A stretch of 64,000 nucleotides of DNA from Chitinophagales bacterium. Its GTDB lineage: Bacteria; Bacteroidota; Bacteroidia; Chitinophagales; UBA10324. Shown here in pieces: positions 26,609 through 34,704 of the stretch. Both the position numbers and the translations under genes were made by a program. Numbering within the stretch: the stretch's first letter is position 1; each line of letters opens with the position of its first letter. Under the pieces are notes generated by a model that saw only the letters and a list, made by a program, of their open reading frames with translations, was not told where the DNA came from and ran no database searches. The stretch spans positions 1,695-65,694 of the forward strand of contig JBDHXV010000007.1 in the NCBI GenBank assembly GCA_039810885.1. Direction: 5' to 3'.

Positions 26609-29563
26609 TTAAGCAAATAATATTTTATAAAAATCAAAGAGAAGATTTGATGCTTGCTTTACATCTGTTACCGGGGCAATAGGGGTGCTCAACACATTCC
26701 GGAGGTTGTTGGCGGAGACTATTTTGTTGTAAGTAATTAAGTAATCTATGCGATTTAACTTTTTTGAATCTAAATTTGACAGTTGCTCATGTTGATTTGA
26801 AGTCTGGATAAGAAGAGGCTGATATATAATTCGAACACTTGGGTTAAGTTTTTTTATTTCTAAAGCGATAATCAGTGTTTTTTTATTCACGCAGTGGATC
26901 GCCTCAAACCCATAGCGTGCAATTATATCGGAGATACGCTTTATATTTCTTGATGTATGGTCGGTGCCCGGATAGTTTAGAGGCAGTTTCTTAAAAAGTA
27001 ATCCTTCAGAAGTTTTGCCATAGTCTAACTTTCTATCATACAATCCGATTGCTGTTATGGAATAATAATTTGCAAGACCTTCAAATAAATCGGTAATTAA
27101 AGAATTGAAATATTCAAATTGGTCTAATAAGACGACAACACTTTTTCTTCTTTTTATTTGATACGGAGATTCAGAAGGGAGGTTAAGTGCTCTTTTTACG
27201 ACACGAACTAATGGTTTATATTTTCGAGCAACATCAATTATATTGGGGTAGTCGGTGTGGCTCTTGGGTGTGGCATTCATTATATCCAAGAATTGTTGTT
27301 CCGTCAATCCAAATTTTTTAATAATAAATATCTTATCCTCTCGGAGTAGGTTTTCATCAATAATAGGTTGAGCCAAGAGTTCGTAAGCCTCTTCTTTTGT
27401 CATTTGGCCGCTACATATTAATGTTGAATAATGAGAATAACGTTTATCTATATGGAATTTATTAGGTAAGATATAGGATTGATAGAAGCGAGTAATTATA
27501 GACTCATAATGCTTGCCTCCATAATCTCGCCACCCCAACTCATCGGCAAGGATTTTTTTCGCTTCTTTCTTAATGTAATTCACATGATCAAGAAGCTTTA
27601 TGGTTTTAATGCGGTAAACTTTATTATAAAGGATTGTTTTAAAAAAGCCTAAGCGAGGAAAGGTCTTTAGGGGGATGGTACCAAATCTATTATGGATCGC
27701 CTTAATGTTTATCGTATCCGACTTTAAATAGTTCCAAGATTCGGGCAACATTCCTTCTGTTACCTGACTCTCGCCACTTAGTATATATTTTATACCATGC
27801 TTGGCGGCTTCATTAAAAAGTGCTGCAAAGATGGCATGGTCTGAGGGGGCTTCTAAGTCAACGACAGAAGCCTTGAGATAACTTAATTGTAAGTCTCTAA
27901 ACTCGTCCCATTTAATTACGTGAGTATATAAATCGATACCCAACTTGGTCACAATGTTTTCAATATTCTTTACAGCTAATTCGGTATTCCATCCGTTATC
28001 AAGGTGCACAGCCAGAGGTCTAAGTCCGGCCTTAACAGTAAGATAAGCTACATAAGAACTGTCAACTCCACCGCTTAATCCTATAATGCAATCATATTTT
28101 TTCCCCTTCCCTTCGCTCTTAATTTTTTCAATTAAGTTATTAAAGCGCTTATTTCTCTCATTGTCAGTAACTAGATTGTCATAATTGATTTTATCGTACA
28201 ACACACAATGATTGCATAGTCCATCTTCATTAAAATAAATATCGGGGTCTGCAAAATTGTTGAATACACAACGAACACATTCTCGATAGTTGTTATGCTT
28301 ATGTATGGGTTCGGGAAGGCGGAACTGAATGCCCGTTAATGGTTTAAAATCTGTAAAGTGTTGTAAAGAGATTTTATGATATAAACTTATGAGATGATAC
28401 TTTTCGGTATCCCAGCTCAATTTATGCTTACTCTTAATTATGTTTTCCTTATAGTAGCTATAGTTGTTTAGTATAAGATTAAAGCCATCTAAAAAGGCTC
28501 CTTTTCTGTCGCCATTAATACAAGCACCTATTTTGTATAAGCTAATAATATTCTTATGCTCGGGTTGTGCAGCAGATAAAATAGGCAACTCAGACATTAC
28601 ATAATGAAACAACTTATTTTCTAAGCCAAGCCAGTAGGATAAGTATTTTTTATTCCATGTTGGAATTATGCCCACATCGCACGAGGCCAAAGTATTAACA
28701 ATCTTGGAGGAGTCAATTATGTCGTGGAAGAAAATATTTGTTAAGTTAGACTCGGCGACTAATTGTTTGAAATATTCTTTATGTCCGCCATCTTTACAAA
28801 ATATAACAAGAGCAATATTTTTTTGATTGCCCAAGTCGCTAATTGCTTGTTCAATGTTGCGGTTCTTTTTATAAATCAAAAAAGAAAACAGTACGACAAC
28901 CTTGTGATCTTTAGGAATGTTAAATTTTTTTCTTACGTAATCGTTCCGTTCAGTTATTTCTTCATATAGAACAAAGTTTCTTACAACAGTGACCGGGCTC
29001 TTTGCTTTCAGATATTTCTGAAGATCATCCGCAAGAGATTGATTGACTGTAATGATATGATCAATATACTTTTTATCATACCATTCACGAATAATTTCAA
29101 ACTTTCGGACAAGCTGTGATTTAATCATCACTATGGGAGACCAAGAAGAGTAGTGTAGTGGCCATTCATGAAACAACTCATGAGAGTCGTAGATTAAAAC
29201 AACTTCGGGCAGCTTTTTTTTAATAAGAACGCCCAGATGCAACATTTGCCAATCGTGACAATGAAGTATGTGCGGCTTATAGGAGGCAATAAGCGCTGCT
29301 AATTCTTTTAAATAACTAATGGATGTTTTAAAGTCGTGTATTTTTTTATCAAAAAGACGTTTGACTTTTATACCATTGATAGTTTCTTCCTTTGGGAGGG
29401 ATTGTTTATAAACAGCGAAGAGCGTAAGATCGTACCCGGCTTCTGCGATAGAAAATGCTTCGCGATATATCCGTTGATCATTCGTGAACTCATTATCACA
29501 TAACATGGCAACTCGAATATCAGAAACCGATTGAATGCTGTTGCCAATAATATTATCGGACAT
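26609..29563 (-). CDS. Tri-modular fusion protein: GT4-like glycosyltransferase (aa 1-400), WbuX-type PP-loop N-acetyl-sugar amidotransferase (aa about 425-790), and an extra GT4 N-terminal-half-like domain (aa about 805-984)
   Basis: The N-terminal module is a clear paralog of the 394-aa ORF at 30907-32091 (HILHCHDWQMLHLG vs DVLHCHDQYMLHVG; LSYWLGLENKLFHYVMSELPIL vs LSYWLALDNKLFTYIMSEIPIL). The middle module has CxxC...CxxC (aa 429-453) and the PP-loop SGGVDS (nt 28058-28075). The C-terminal module repeats the pattern EAIHC...LEIKKLNPSVRIIY. Confidence 0.75.
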   Translation of the reverse strand: MSDNIIGNSIQSVSDIRVAMLCDNEFTNDQRIYREAFSIAEAGYDLTLFAVYKQSLPKEETINGIKVKRLFDKKIHDFKTSISYLKELAALIASYKPHILHCHDWQMLHLGVLIKKKLPEVVLIYDSHELFHEWPLHYSSWSPIVMIKSQLVRKFEIIREWYDKKYIDHIITVNQSLADDLQKYLKAKSPVTVVRNFVLYEEITERNDYVRKKFNIPKDHKVVVLFSFLIYKKNRNIEQAISDLGNQKNIALVIFCKDGGHKEYFKQLVAESNLTNIFFHDIIDSSKIVNTLASCDVGIIPTWNKKYLSYWLGLENKLFHYVMSELPILSAAQPEHKNIISLYKIGACINGDRKGAFLDGFNLILNNYSYYKENIIKSKHKLSWDTEKYHLISLYHKISLQHFTDFKPLTGIQFRLPEPIHKHNNYRECVRCVFNNFADPDIYFNEDGLCNHCVLYDKINYDNLVTDNERNKRFNNLIEKIKSEGKGKKYDCIIGLSGGVDSSYVAYLTVKAGLRPLAVHLDNGWNTELAVKNIENIVTKLGIDLYTHVIKWDEFRDLQLSYLKASVVDLEAPSDHAIFAALFNEAAKHGIKYILSGESQVTEGMLPESWNYLKSDTINIKAIHNRFGTIPLKTFPRLGFFKTILYNKVYRIKTIKLLDHVNYIKKEAKKILADELGWRDYGGKHYESIITRFYQSYILPNKFHIDKRYSHYSTLICSGQMTKEEAYELLAQPIIDENLLREDKIFIIKKFGLTEQQFLDIMNATPKSHTDYPNIIDVARKYKPLVRVVKRALNLPSESPYQIKRRKSVVVLLDQFEYFNSLITDLFEGLANYYSITAIGLYDRKLDYGKTSEGLLFKKLPLNYPGTDHTSRNIKRISDIIARYGFEAIHCVNKKTLIIALEIKKLNPSVRIIYQPLLIQTSNQHEQLSNLDSKKLNRIDYLITYNKIVSANNLRNVLSTPIAPVTDVKQASNLLFDFYKILFA

Positions 29564-30308
29564 TAGATTGTCTAAAATTTTCGTCGGGGAAATTAATTAA
29601 TATCGCATTTTTATTACCGCTAAACACAAATAAACTGCCTGCCGCCGCACCGGCAGCCCCCATTTTTAATACGGCTTTTATTTCGTTATAATCTTTGGCG
29701 CCACCGGAGATAATAACAGGCAGAGATGTAATTCGAAGTATCTCGGCTAATAAATCTAAATTATACCCCTGCTTCGTTCCTTCGCGATCAATATCCTGAA
29801 GGATTATTTCGCCAACACCCGCATCTTCGAGATATTTAACATGGTCTATTATGGTAGTGTTGAGTCGGTTAGATCCACTTTTTGTATAAACACCGGTTTT
29901 GCCAAACCAATTTTTCTTAACATCAACAAATGAGGCTATTGTGCTGGTGCCAAATGTTTTACAGGCTTGAATTAAGAATTCTCTGTTTTCTGTTGCGGTA
30001 TTGATGCACACTTTTTCAATTCCACAACGCAAAACAGATTCGATGTCGTTCATAGACGAGATGCCGCCACTATAACTTAAAGGCATAAAGGCTTCGCCGG
30101 CCATTTCAAATAAGAGGTTCAGGTTAATAGAGGTTCTTCTTTTTCCTGCATCAATATCAACGATCATCAATTCGTCTGCAAACTTTGAGTTAAATATTTT
30201 AACCGTGTTAATAGGATCACCAATATATATATCGTTCTTGAAGTTCTTTGTTTTTACAACACCACTATTGTGTAATAACAATACCGGAATAATTCGAGGG
30301 CGATACAC
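29553..30308 (-). CDS. HisF-like cyclase-fold subunit (WbuZ-type, polysaccharide-associated paralog of imidazole glycerol phosphate synthase)
   Basis: 251 aa, (beta/alpha)8 HisF pattern (RIIPVLLL, DELMIVDID, GGI, GAAGAAAGSLF). Adjacent to HisH-like and WbuX-like genes and not to other his genes. Confidence 0.85.
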   Translation of the reverse strand: MYRPRIIPVLLLHNSGVVKTKNFKNDIYIGDPINTVKIFNSKFADELMIVDIDAGKRRTSINLNLLFEMAGEAFMPLSYSGGISSMNDIESVLRCGIEKVCINTATENREFLIQACKTFGTSTIASFVDVKKNWFGKTGVYTKSGSNRLNTTIIDHVKYLEDAGVGEIILQDIDREGTKQGYNLDLLAEILRITSLPVIISGGAKDYNEIKAVLKMGAAGAAAGSLFVFSGNKNAILINFPDENFRQSNVR

Positions 30309-30910
30309 TATAGATTATGAATAAAATTAGTGAGCAATGCCATTCCAAAACGATGGCTTTTTTCAGGATGAAACTGAACACCGAAAATATTCTCTTTCTG
30401 AAAGCCGGAAACAAATTCATCGCCGTAGTTTGTAGTAAGCAGAGTGTCTATAGAATTGTTGAGCACAACATGATAAGAGTGTACAAAGTAAAATGAGCTT
30501 TCCTCATTTTGAATTATTTTATTATCCTTAGCAATGTGCACATCGTTCCATCCCATGTGGGGCACCCGTATAGATGTGTTTCTAAACCGAATGACTGAAG
30601 CATCTATCCACCCCAGCCCCGGCAATGTTCCCTCCTCACTGTGTTTGCACATTAATTGCATACCTAAACAAATACCAAGCACGGGGGTTTTCTTTATTAA
30701 CACCTTTTCGTTAAGTATGTCAAAAAGATGATTGTTGTGTATGAGTTTCATACCATGGTCGAAGGCTCCGACCCCGGGAAGAATTAAGTGTGAGGCTTCG
30801 CGAATGATGGAAGGATCATTGCTGATCTCAGACCGAAATCCTAAGTAAGAAAACATGTTTTGCACACTTTGGATATTTCCTAACCCGTAATTTACAATGA
30901 CAATACTCAC
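30308..30910 (-). CDS. HisH-like class I glutamine amidotransferase subunit (WbuY-type)
   Basis: Contains GICLGMQ (Cys nucleophile) and VQFHPEKS (His/Glu). Length is 200 aa. Overlaps the HisF-like gene by 1 nt. Confidence 0.88.
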   Translation of the reverse strand: MSIVIVNYGLGNIQSVQNMFSYLGFRSEISNDPSIIREASHLILPGVGAFDHGMKLIHNNHLFDILNEKVLIKKTPVLGICLGMQLMCKHSEEGTLPGLGWIDASVIRFRNTSIRVPHMGWNDVHIAKDNKIIQNEESSFYFVHSYHVVLNNSIDTLLTTNYGDEFVSGFQKENIFGVQFHPEKSHRFGMALLTNFIHNL

Positions 30911-32091
30911 GCGTTGTGGGTTGTTTTATTGTTGATGATGGTTTGATAAAGCGATAGAAGTTTCTTTTGCTCTACATCCCAGCACAATTCCTTTTTAGCG
31001 ATTCGGCAATTTTGCTTATACCGTTCTTTATTTGCAATAAGATTATGAATAGCCGATTGAATCGTATTAATTTTTTCAGGATTAATACACACCCCAACAT
31101 CATGGTTATTGATTACTTTCTCATATTCGGGTTGTGCCGTTCCAAGTATTGGAATTTCACTCATTATATAGGTAAACAACTTATTATCTAATGCAAGCCA
31201 ATATGACAGTTTCATTTTATACCAGGCCGTTACTAAGCCAATATCGCAACAGGAAATAGTCTCCTCAATAGTATTCACTGGGATTAAGTCGTGGAAGTAA
31301 ATATTCTTATATCCACACTTATCGACATAATTTTCAAACCAGATGCGGCGTTCGTTTCTTCTGGTTATAATAATAAGGTGCACATTAGGCATTTGACCAA
31401 TGGCATCAACAAAGTTTTCCATAAGATTGGTATATCTATAAACATTAACACCGATATACACGATAGCGCAATCATTCGCCGGAATATTGAATTTTTGTCT
31501 TAGGGTTTGATCTGTTTTATTGGGCAGTTCTTTGAAAGAGGGAATGTTGCGGGTAACTATAGGGTCACTTTTTAACTTAAAGTATTTTTTAAGAATTGCA
31601 GCAATCGAATCATTAACGGTAATCAAGTATTCAATTTTTTGCCCATTTCTTTTTTCACGGCGCATTTCATAATATCGAACGATATACGATTTGAGTTGAT
31701 TTATGATTGACTGATTAGAATAGTTTACGGGCCAAGAATGGAACAACTCGCGCGATTCATAAATAAGTATCGTGCCGGGGCACATAGATTTTACTATAGC
31801 ACCAACATGAAGCATATATTGATCGTGGCAGTGTAACACATCGAATTTTTCTTTTGCAATCTTCAAAGCAAATTCTTCTAATTTCCGTCTATTAGAAAAT
31901 GCCCAATAATCCGGAGGTATAACTCTTCGTATTGTTAAATTATCTTCTTTTGATTCTTGCAGAAGTTGGTCATCTGATAAGCAATAAAGAAAAAGTTCGA
32001 TTGGAAGGGATTTTAAGCTTTTTATTTCTAAAACCGCTCTTCTATCTGTTACTAAGGTGTTATCTAGGAGTACGGCTACTCTAAGTGCCAT
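30907..32091 (-). CDS. GT4-like glycosyltransferase, paralog of the N-terminal module of the 984-aa fusion
   Basis: Colinear similarity to aa 1-400 of the fusion is visible by eye along the whole length. Confidence 0.7.
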   Translation of the reverse strand: MALRVAVLLDNTLVTDRRAVLEIKSLKSLPIELFLYCLSDDQLLQESKEDNLTIRRVIPPDYWAFSNRRKLEEFALKIAKEKFDVLHCHDQYMLHVGAIVKSMCPGTILIYESRELFHSWPVNYSNQSIINQLKSYIVRYYEMRREKRNGQKIEYLITVNDSIAAILKKYFKLKSDPIVTRNIPSFKELPNKTDQTLRQKFNIPANDCAIVYIGVNVYRYTNLMENFVDAIGQMPNVHLIIITRRNERRIWFENYVDKCGYKNIYFHDLIPVNTIEETISCCDIGLVTAWYKMKLSYWLALDNKLFTYIMSEIPILGTAQPEYEKVINNHDVGVCINPEKINTIQSAIHNLIANKERYKQNCRIAKKELCWDVEQKKLLSLYQTIINNKTTHNA

Positions 32092-32107
32092 AAAAGGAAA
32101 AGTATTA

Positions 32108-32740
32108 TCAGTTAATAAACTTCAAAACCTCGAAAGCTTCAGCAAAGGTAGCTCCGGTCTGAACGCCCCGCGTTATGGCCAAGGCCCGTAAAAAATTCTC
32201 ACTGCAATAGGAGCGATGTGCCTGAGATTTATACGCATTAAGAGCCTCGACTTTTTTTGCCACGTGGCGTTCGTCAAGCTTAATAAAGAAATTTGTTTTA
32301 ATGGAAAGGTTGTTCCACGGGAGCTCGTATCCAATAATTGAAACATCCTTAAATGCGCGCAGGGTTTCATTGTGAATGACCTGGTGATCCTGATGAAGGT
32401 CGGTTGAGCAGGGAGTTAGTACGAGTGTAGGGCATATTTCTTTTTTCAAGCGCACCATATCTTCTAGAATCTCTTGTCGATTAGTATAAAATGTGCGCAC
32501 ATCATAATCAAACAAACGTAAGTTTTGAGGAGCAATACCAAGTAATTGGGTAGCAGCCTTAACTTCTTTTTCAAGCGTATCGGGAGCGAGGCCTTCGCCA
32601 AGAGATTTTCTACAGAGAGAAAATGCCACATAATAAACCACTTTTCCCTGCTCAACAAATTTTGAGATGCTTCCACCGCAACCAAGCTCCCCATCATCGG
32701 TATGTGGGGCCATTATTAAAATCTTTTCGTTATTAATCAT
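32108..32740 (-). CDS. PIG-L/LmbE family N-acetyl-sugar deacetylase
   Basis: Contains APHTDDGELGCGG (AHPDD-type motif) and a DLHQDH (HxDH) zinc motif. Length is 210 aa. Confidence 0.8.
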   Translation of the reverse strand: MINNEKILIMAPHTDDGELGCGGSISKFVEQGKVVYYVAFSLCRKSLGEGLAPDTLEKEVKAATQLLGIAPQNLRLFDYDVRTFYTNRQEILEDMVRLKKEICPTLVLTPCSTDLHQDHQVIHNETLRAFKDVSIIGYELPWNNLSIKTNFFIKLDERHVAKKVEALNAYKSQAHRSYCSENFLRALAITRGVQTGATFAEAFEVLKFIN

Positions 32741-33275
32741 TTGCTTCGTTATTGATTACATAGATATCATTCAGATTGCGACCGAGACCGTCATAATCCA
32801 AGCCGTAGCCAACAATAAAATCATTGGGTATTTCCATTCCAGAATAACGCACATTAATATTATGTTGAAGAGCGGCTGGTTTTACCAGCAGGGATGCAAT
32901 TTCTATAGATGCGGGATTCTGTGACTGTATAATTGGCAAGAACTCAAACAAGGTTTTTCCGGTATCAACAATATCTTCTAAGATAATGATGTGACGATTT
33001 TCCAAGGGAATATCTTGTCCGATTAAAGTGCGTACACGGCCGGTTGATTGCGTGCCTTGATAAGAGGCTAGCTTAACAAAAGTAATTTCACATTCAAGCC
33101 GGATATATTTCATTAGATCTGCGGCAAACATAAAAGAGCCATTTAGAATAGCCATAAACAGCGGAAACTTATTTATGTAGTCGTTATTAATGCTATCTGC
33201 AATATGCTTAATTCGTGTTTGTATTTGATCACCGGAGAGGTAGGGTTTAAAGGTTTTGTCGCGCAGAGTAATCAT
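32733..33275 (-). CDS. hpt: Hypoxanthine phosphoribosyltransferase
   Basis: PRPP-binding loop IILEDIVDTGKT. 180 aa. Its 3' end overlaps the PIG-L gene start by 8 nt. Confidence 0.9.
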   Translation of the reverse strand: MITLRDKTFKPYLSGDQIQTRIKHIADSINNDYINKFPLFMAILNGSFMFAADLMKYIRLECEITFVKLASYQGTQSTGRVRTLIGQDIPLENRHIIILEDIVDTGKTLFEFLPIIQSQNPASIEIASLLVKPAALQHNINVRYSGMEIPNDFIVGYGLDYDGLGRNLNDIYVINNEAND

Positions 33276-33293
33276 CCTGATTTATTAAGCGAA

Positions 33294-33301
33294 CAAAGGT
33301 A
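33294..33301 (-). promoter_or_regulatory. Candidate -7 box (TACCTTTG) upstream of hpt, the possible promoter of the hpt-to-xth string
   Basis: Exact TAnnTTTG match, 18 nt upstream of the hpt ATG. Confidence 0.4.
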
Positions 33302-33327
33302 GTGTAGAAGTGATTATGACATCACTC

Positions 33328-34635
33328 TTATTCACGAATTCGTATGCGCATGCCACTATGAATAATTTCAGAATATAGTTTGTTCATCTGCATTAGTTTT
33401 TCTACAGATAAGTTATAGGCTTTTGCAATGCTGTATAAGGTATCACCGGATTTAACGGTGTAATAATTAATTGCCTCATCAGGCATCGTTATCATAGATG
33501 AAAGGTTGTCGGGGGCCTTGTTGTCAGTATCATCGTTAAGTGTATCCTTTATAAGAGGTGGAGGGGTAGTGTTGGAGCTTAACGACATATTATTGTTGGT
33601 CGATTGTATTGTTGACATCGTCTTGGGTGCTTGAGGAGCATTGCCGGGATCAATAGGTGATATAGTCGTATTTCTAACCTTGGGGGTTGTTGTACGTCTG
33701 TTTCTAAGGTAAATTATTTCACCTATTTCGGGCTCTGTTCCGAGAATCATGTTATTAAGGCGGTATAGAAATTTCAATTTAATGCCATGAAGTTGGGAAA
33801 TAGCGTACATTGTTTCGCCTGCAACTACGGAATGGTATAAGTCATTTCCTGTTCGGCGCTTTGGTTGTAAGTATATTATACTGCCGTCTGCTGGACGAAT
33901 ATTTTTAATGAGATCATTGTATTTTAAGATACGCCTGATGCCTTGTTTGGATTTCTTTCCAATATCTTCTAAGGTCTCCCCGGGTAAGAGTTTAACAGTC
34001 CGAATATTATTGTGTAAATAAATTCGAGCAGCCCAATCTGTTTTGCTGCCTGAAACCGGAGGCTTGGTTATTAAATCTGCGACAATATCCGTTTTACTAT
34101 CCTGATAAGAAGGGTTGTCGTATTTATACAGCTCATACAGGTCAATATTTTTTATTAACAATTCAGGGTATTTAGGATTTGTGGCATAACCCGCCTGTTT
34201 TAATCCATAGGACCAGCTTTTATAGTCTGTGGGGGAATAGTTAAACAAAAAAGAATATCGTTCTCTATTCTTTAAGAATTCGGAATGATCTCGGAAAGAC
34301 TCTTCGGGAGTGTCATATTTCCTAAAACATTCATTTTTAGTATCATCGTCTTGAATTAATGTTTTTCCGTACCACGTATTATGACATTTAATTCCAAAGT
34401 GATTATTACCATTTACGGCAAGCGAACTTCTTCCGGCATTAGATTCCAGAATTCCCTGAGCTAAAGTAATACTTGCCGGTATGCCATACAGCTTCATCTC
34501 TTCCATTGCAATTGTTTTATACCGGGCTATATATTTTAACACGGCGTCACTTTGTTGCTCTTGAGCAAAAGAAGAAATTGCACTCAACCAACCAATCAAG
34601 TATAACCCTAAAATAATTTTCTTAATTATCGGCAT
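33328..34635 (-). CDS. Peptidoglycan hydrolase: GH73 glucosaminidase domain plus LysM repeats
   Basis: Contains the FlgJ/GH73-type AQGILESNAGRSSLAVNGNNHFGIKC and three LysM-like segments (e.g. YTVKSGDTLYSIAKAYNLSVEKLMQMN). Has a signal peptide. Confidence 0.8.
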   Translation of the reverse strand: MPIIKKIILGLYLIGWLSAISSFAQEQQSDAVLKYIARYKTIAMEEMKLYGIPASITLAQGILESNAGRSSLAVNGNNHFGIKCHNTWYGKTLIQDDDTKNECFRKYDTPEESFRDHSEFLKNRERYSFLFNYSPTDYKSWSYGLKQAGYATNPKYPELLIKNIDLYELYKYDNPSYQDSKTDIVADLITKPPVSGSKTDWAARIYLHNNIRTVKLLPGETLEDIGKKSKQGIRRILKYNDLIKNIRPADGSIIYLQPKRRTGNDLYHSVVAGETMYAISQLHGIKLKFLYRLNNMILGTEPEIGEIIYLRNRRTTTPKVRNTTISPIDPGNAPQAPKTMSTIQSTNNNMSLSSNTTPPPLIKDTLNDDTDNKAPDNLSSMITMPDEAINYYTVKSGDTLYSIAKAYNLSVEKLMQMNKLYSEIIHSGMRIRIRE

Positions 34636-34704
34636 ATAGCAAAGTTCATTTGCTTAACGTTGTATTATATTTTTTCATTTCACACCATCGGAGTCAACTG
34701 TATG

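Noticed and set aside
29553-30910. hisF/hisH as genuine histidine biosynthesis genes
   Set aside because: There are no other his genes nearby, and both genes are flanked by and overlap glycosyltransferase and WbuX-type genes. This matches the WbuY/WbuZ paralog context.
32108-32740. PIG-L deacetylase as BshB, partner of the nearby bshA
   Set aside because: It lacks the DLT-x-GE-x-GTRG-type block I associate with BshB1. It is translationally embedded in the glycan-tailoring operon and is separated from bshA by two unrelated genes. This is not fully excluded and needs an HMM or phylogeny check.
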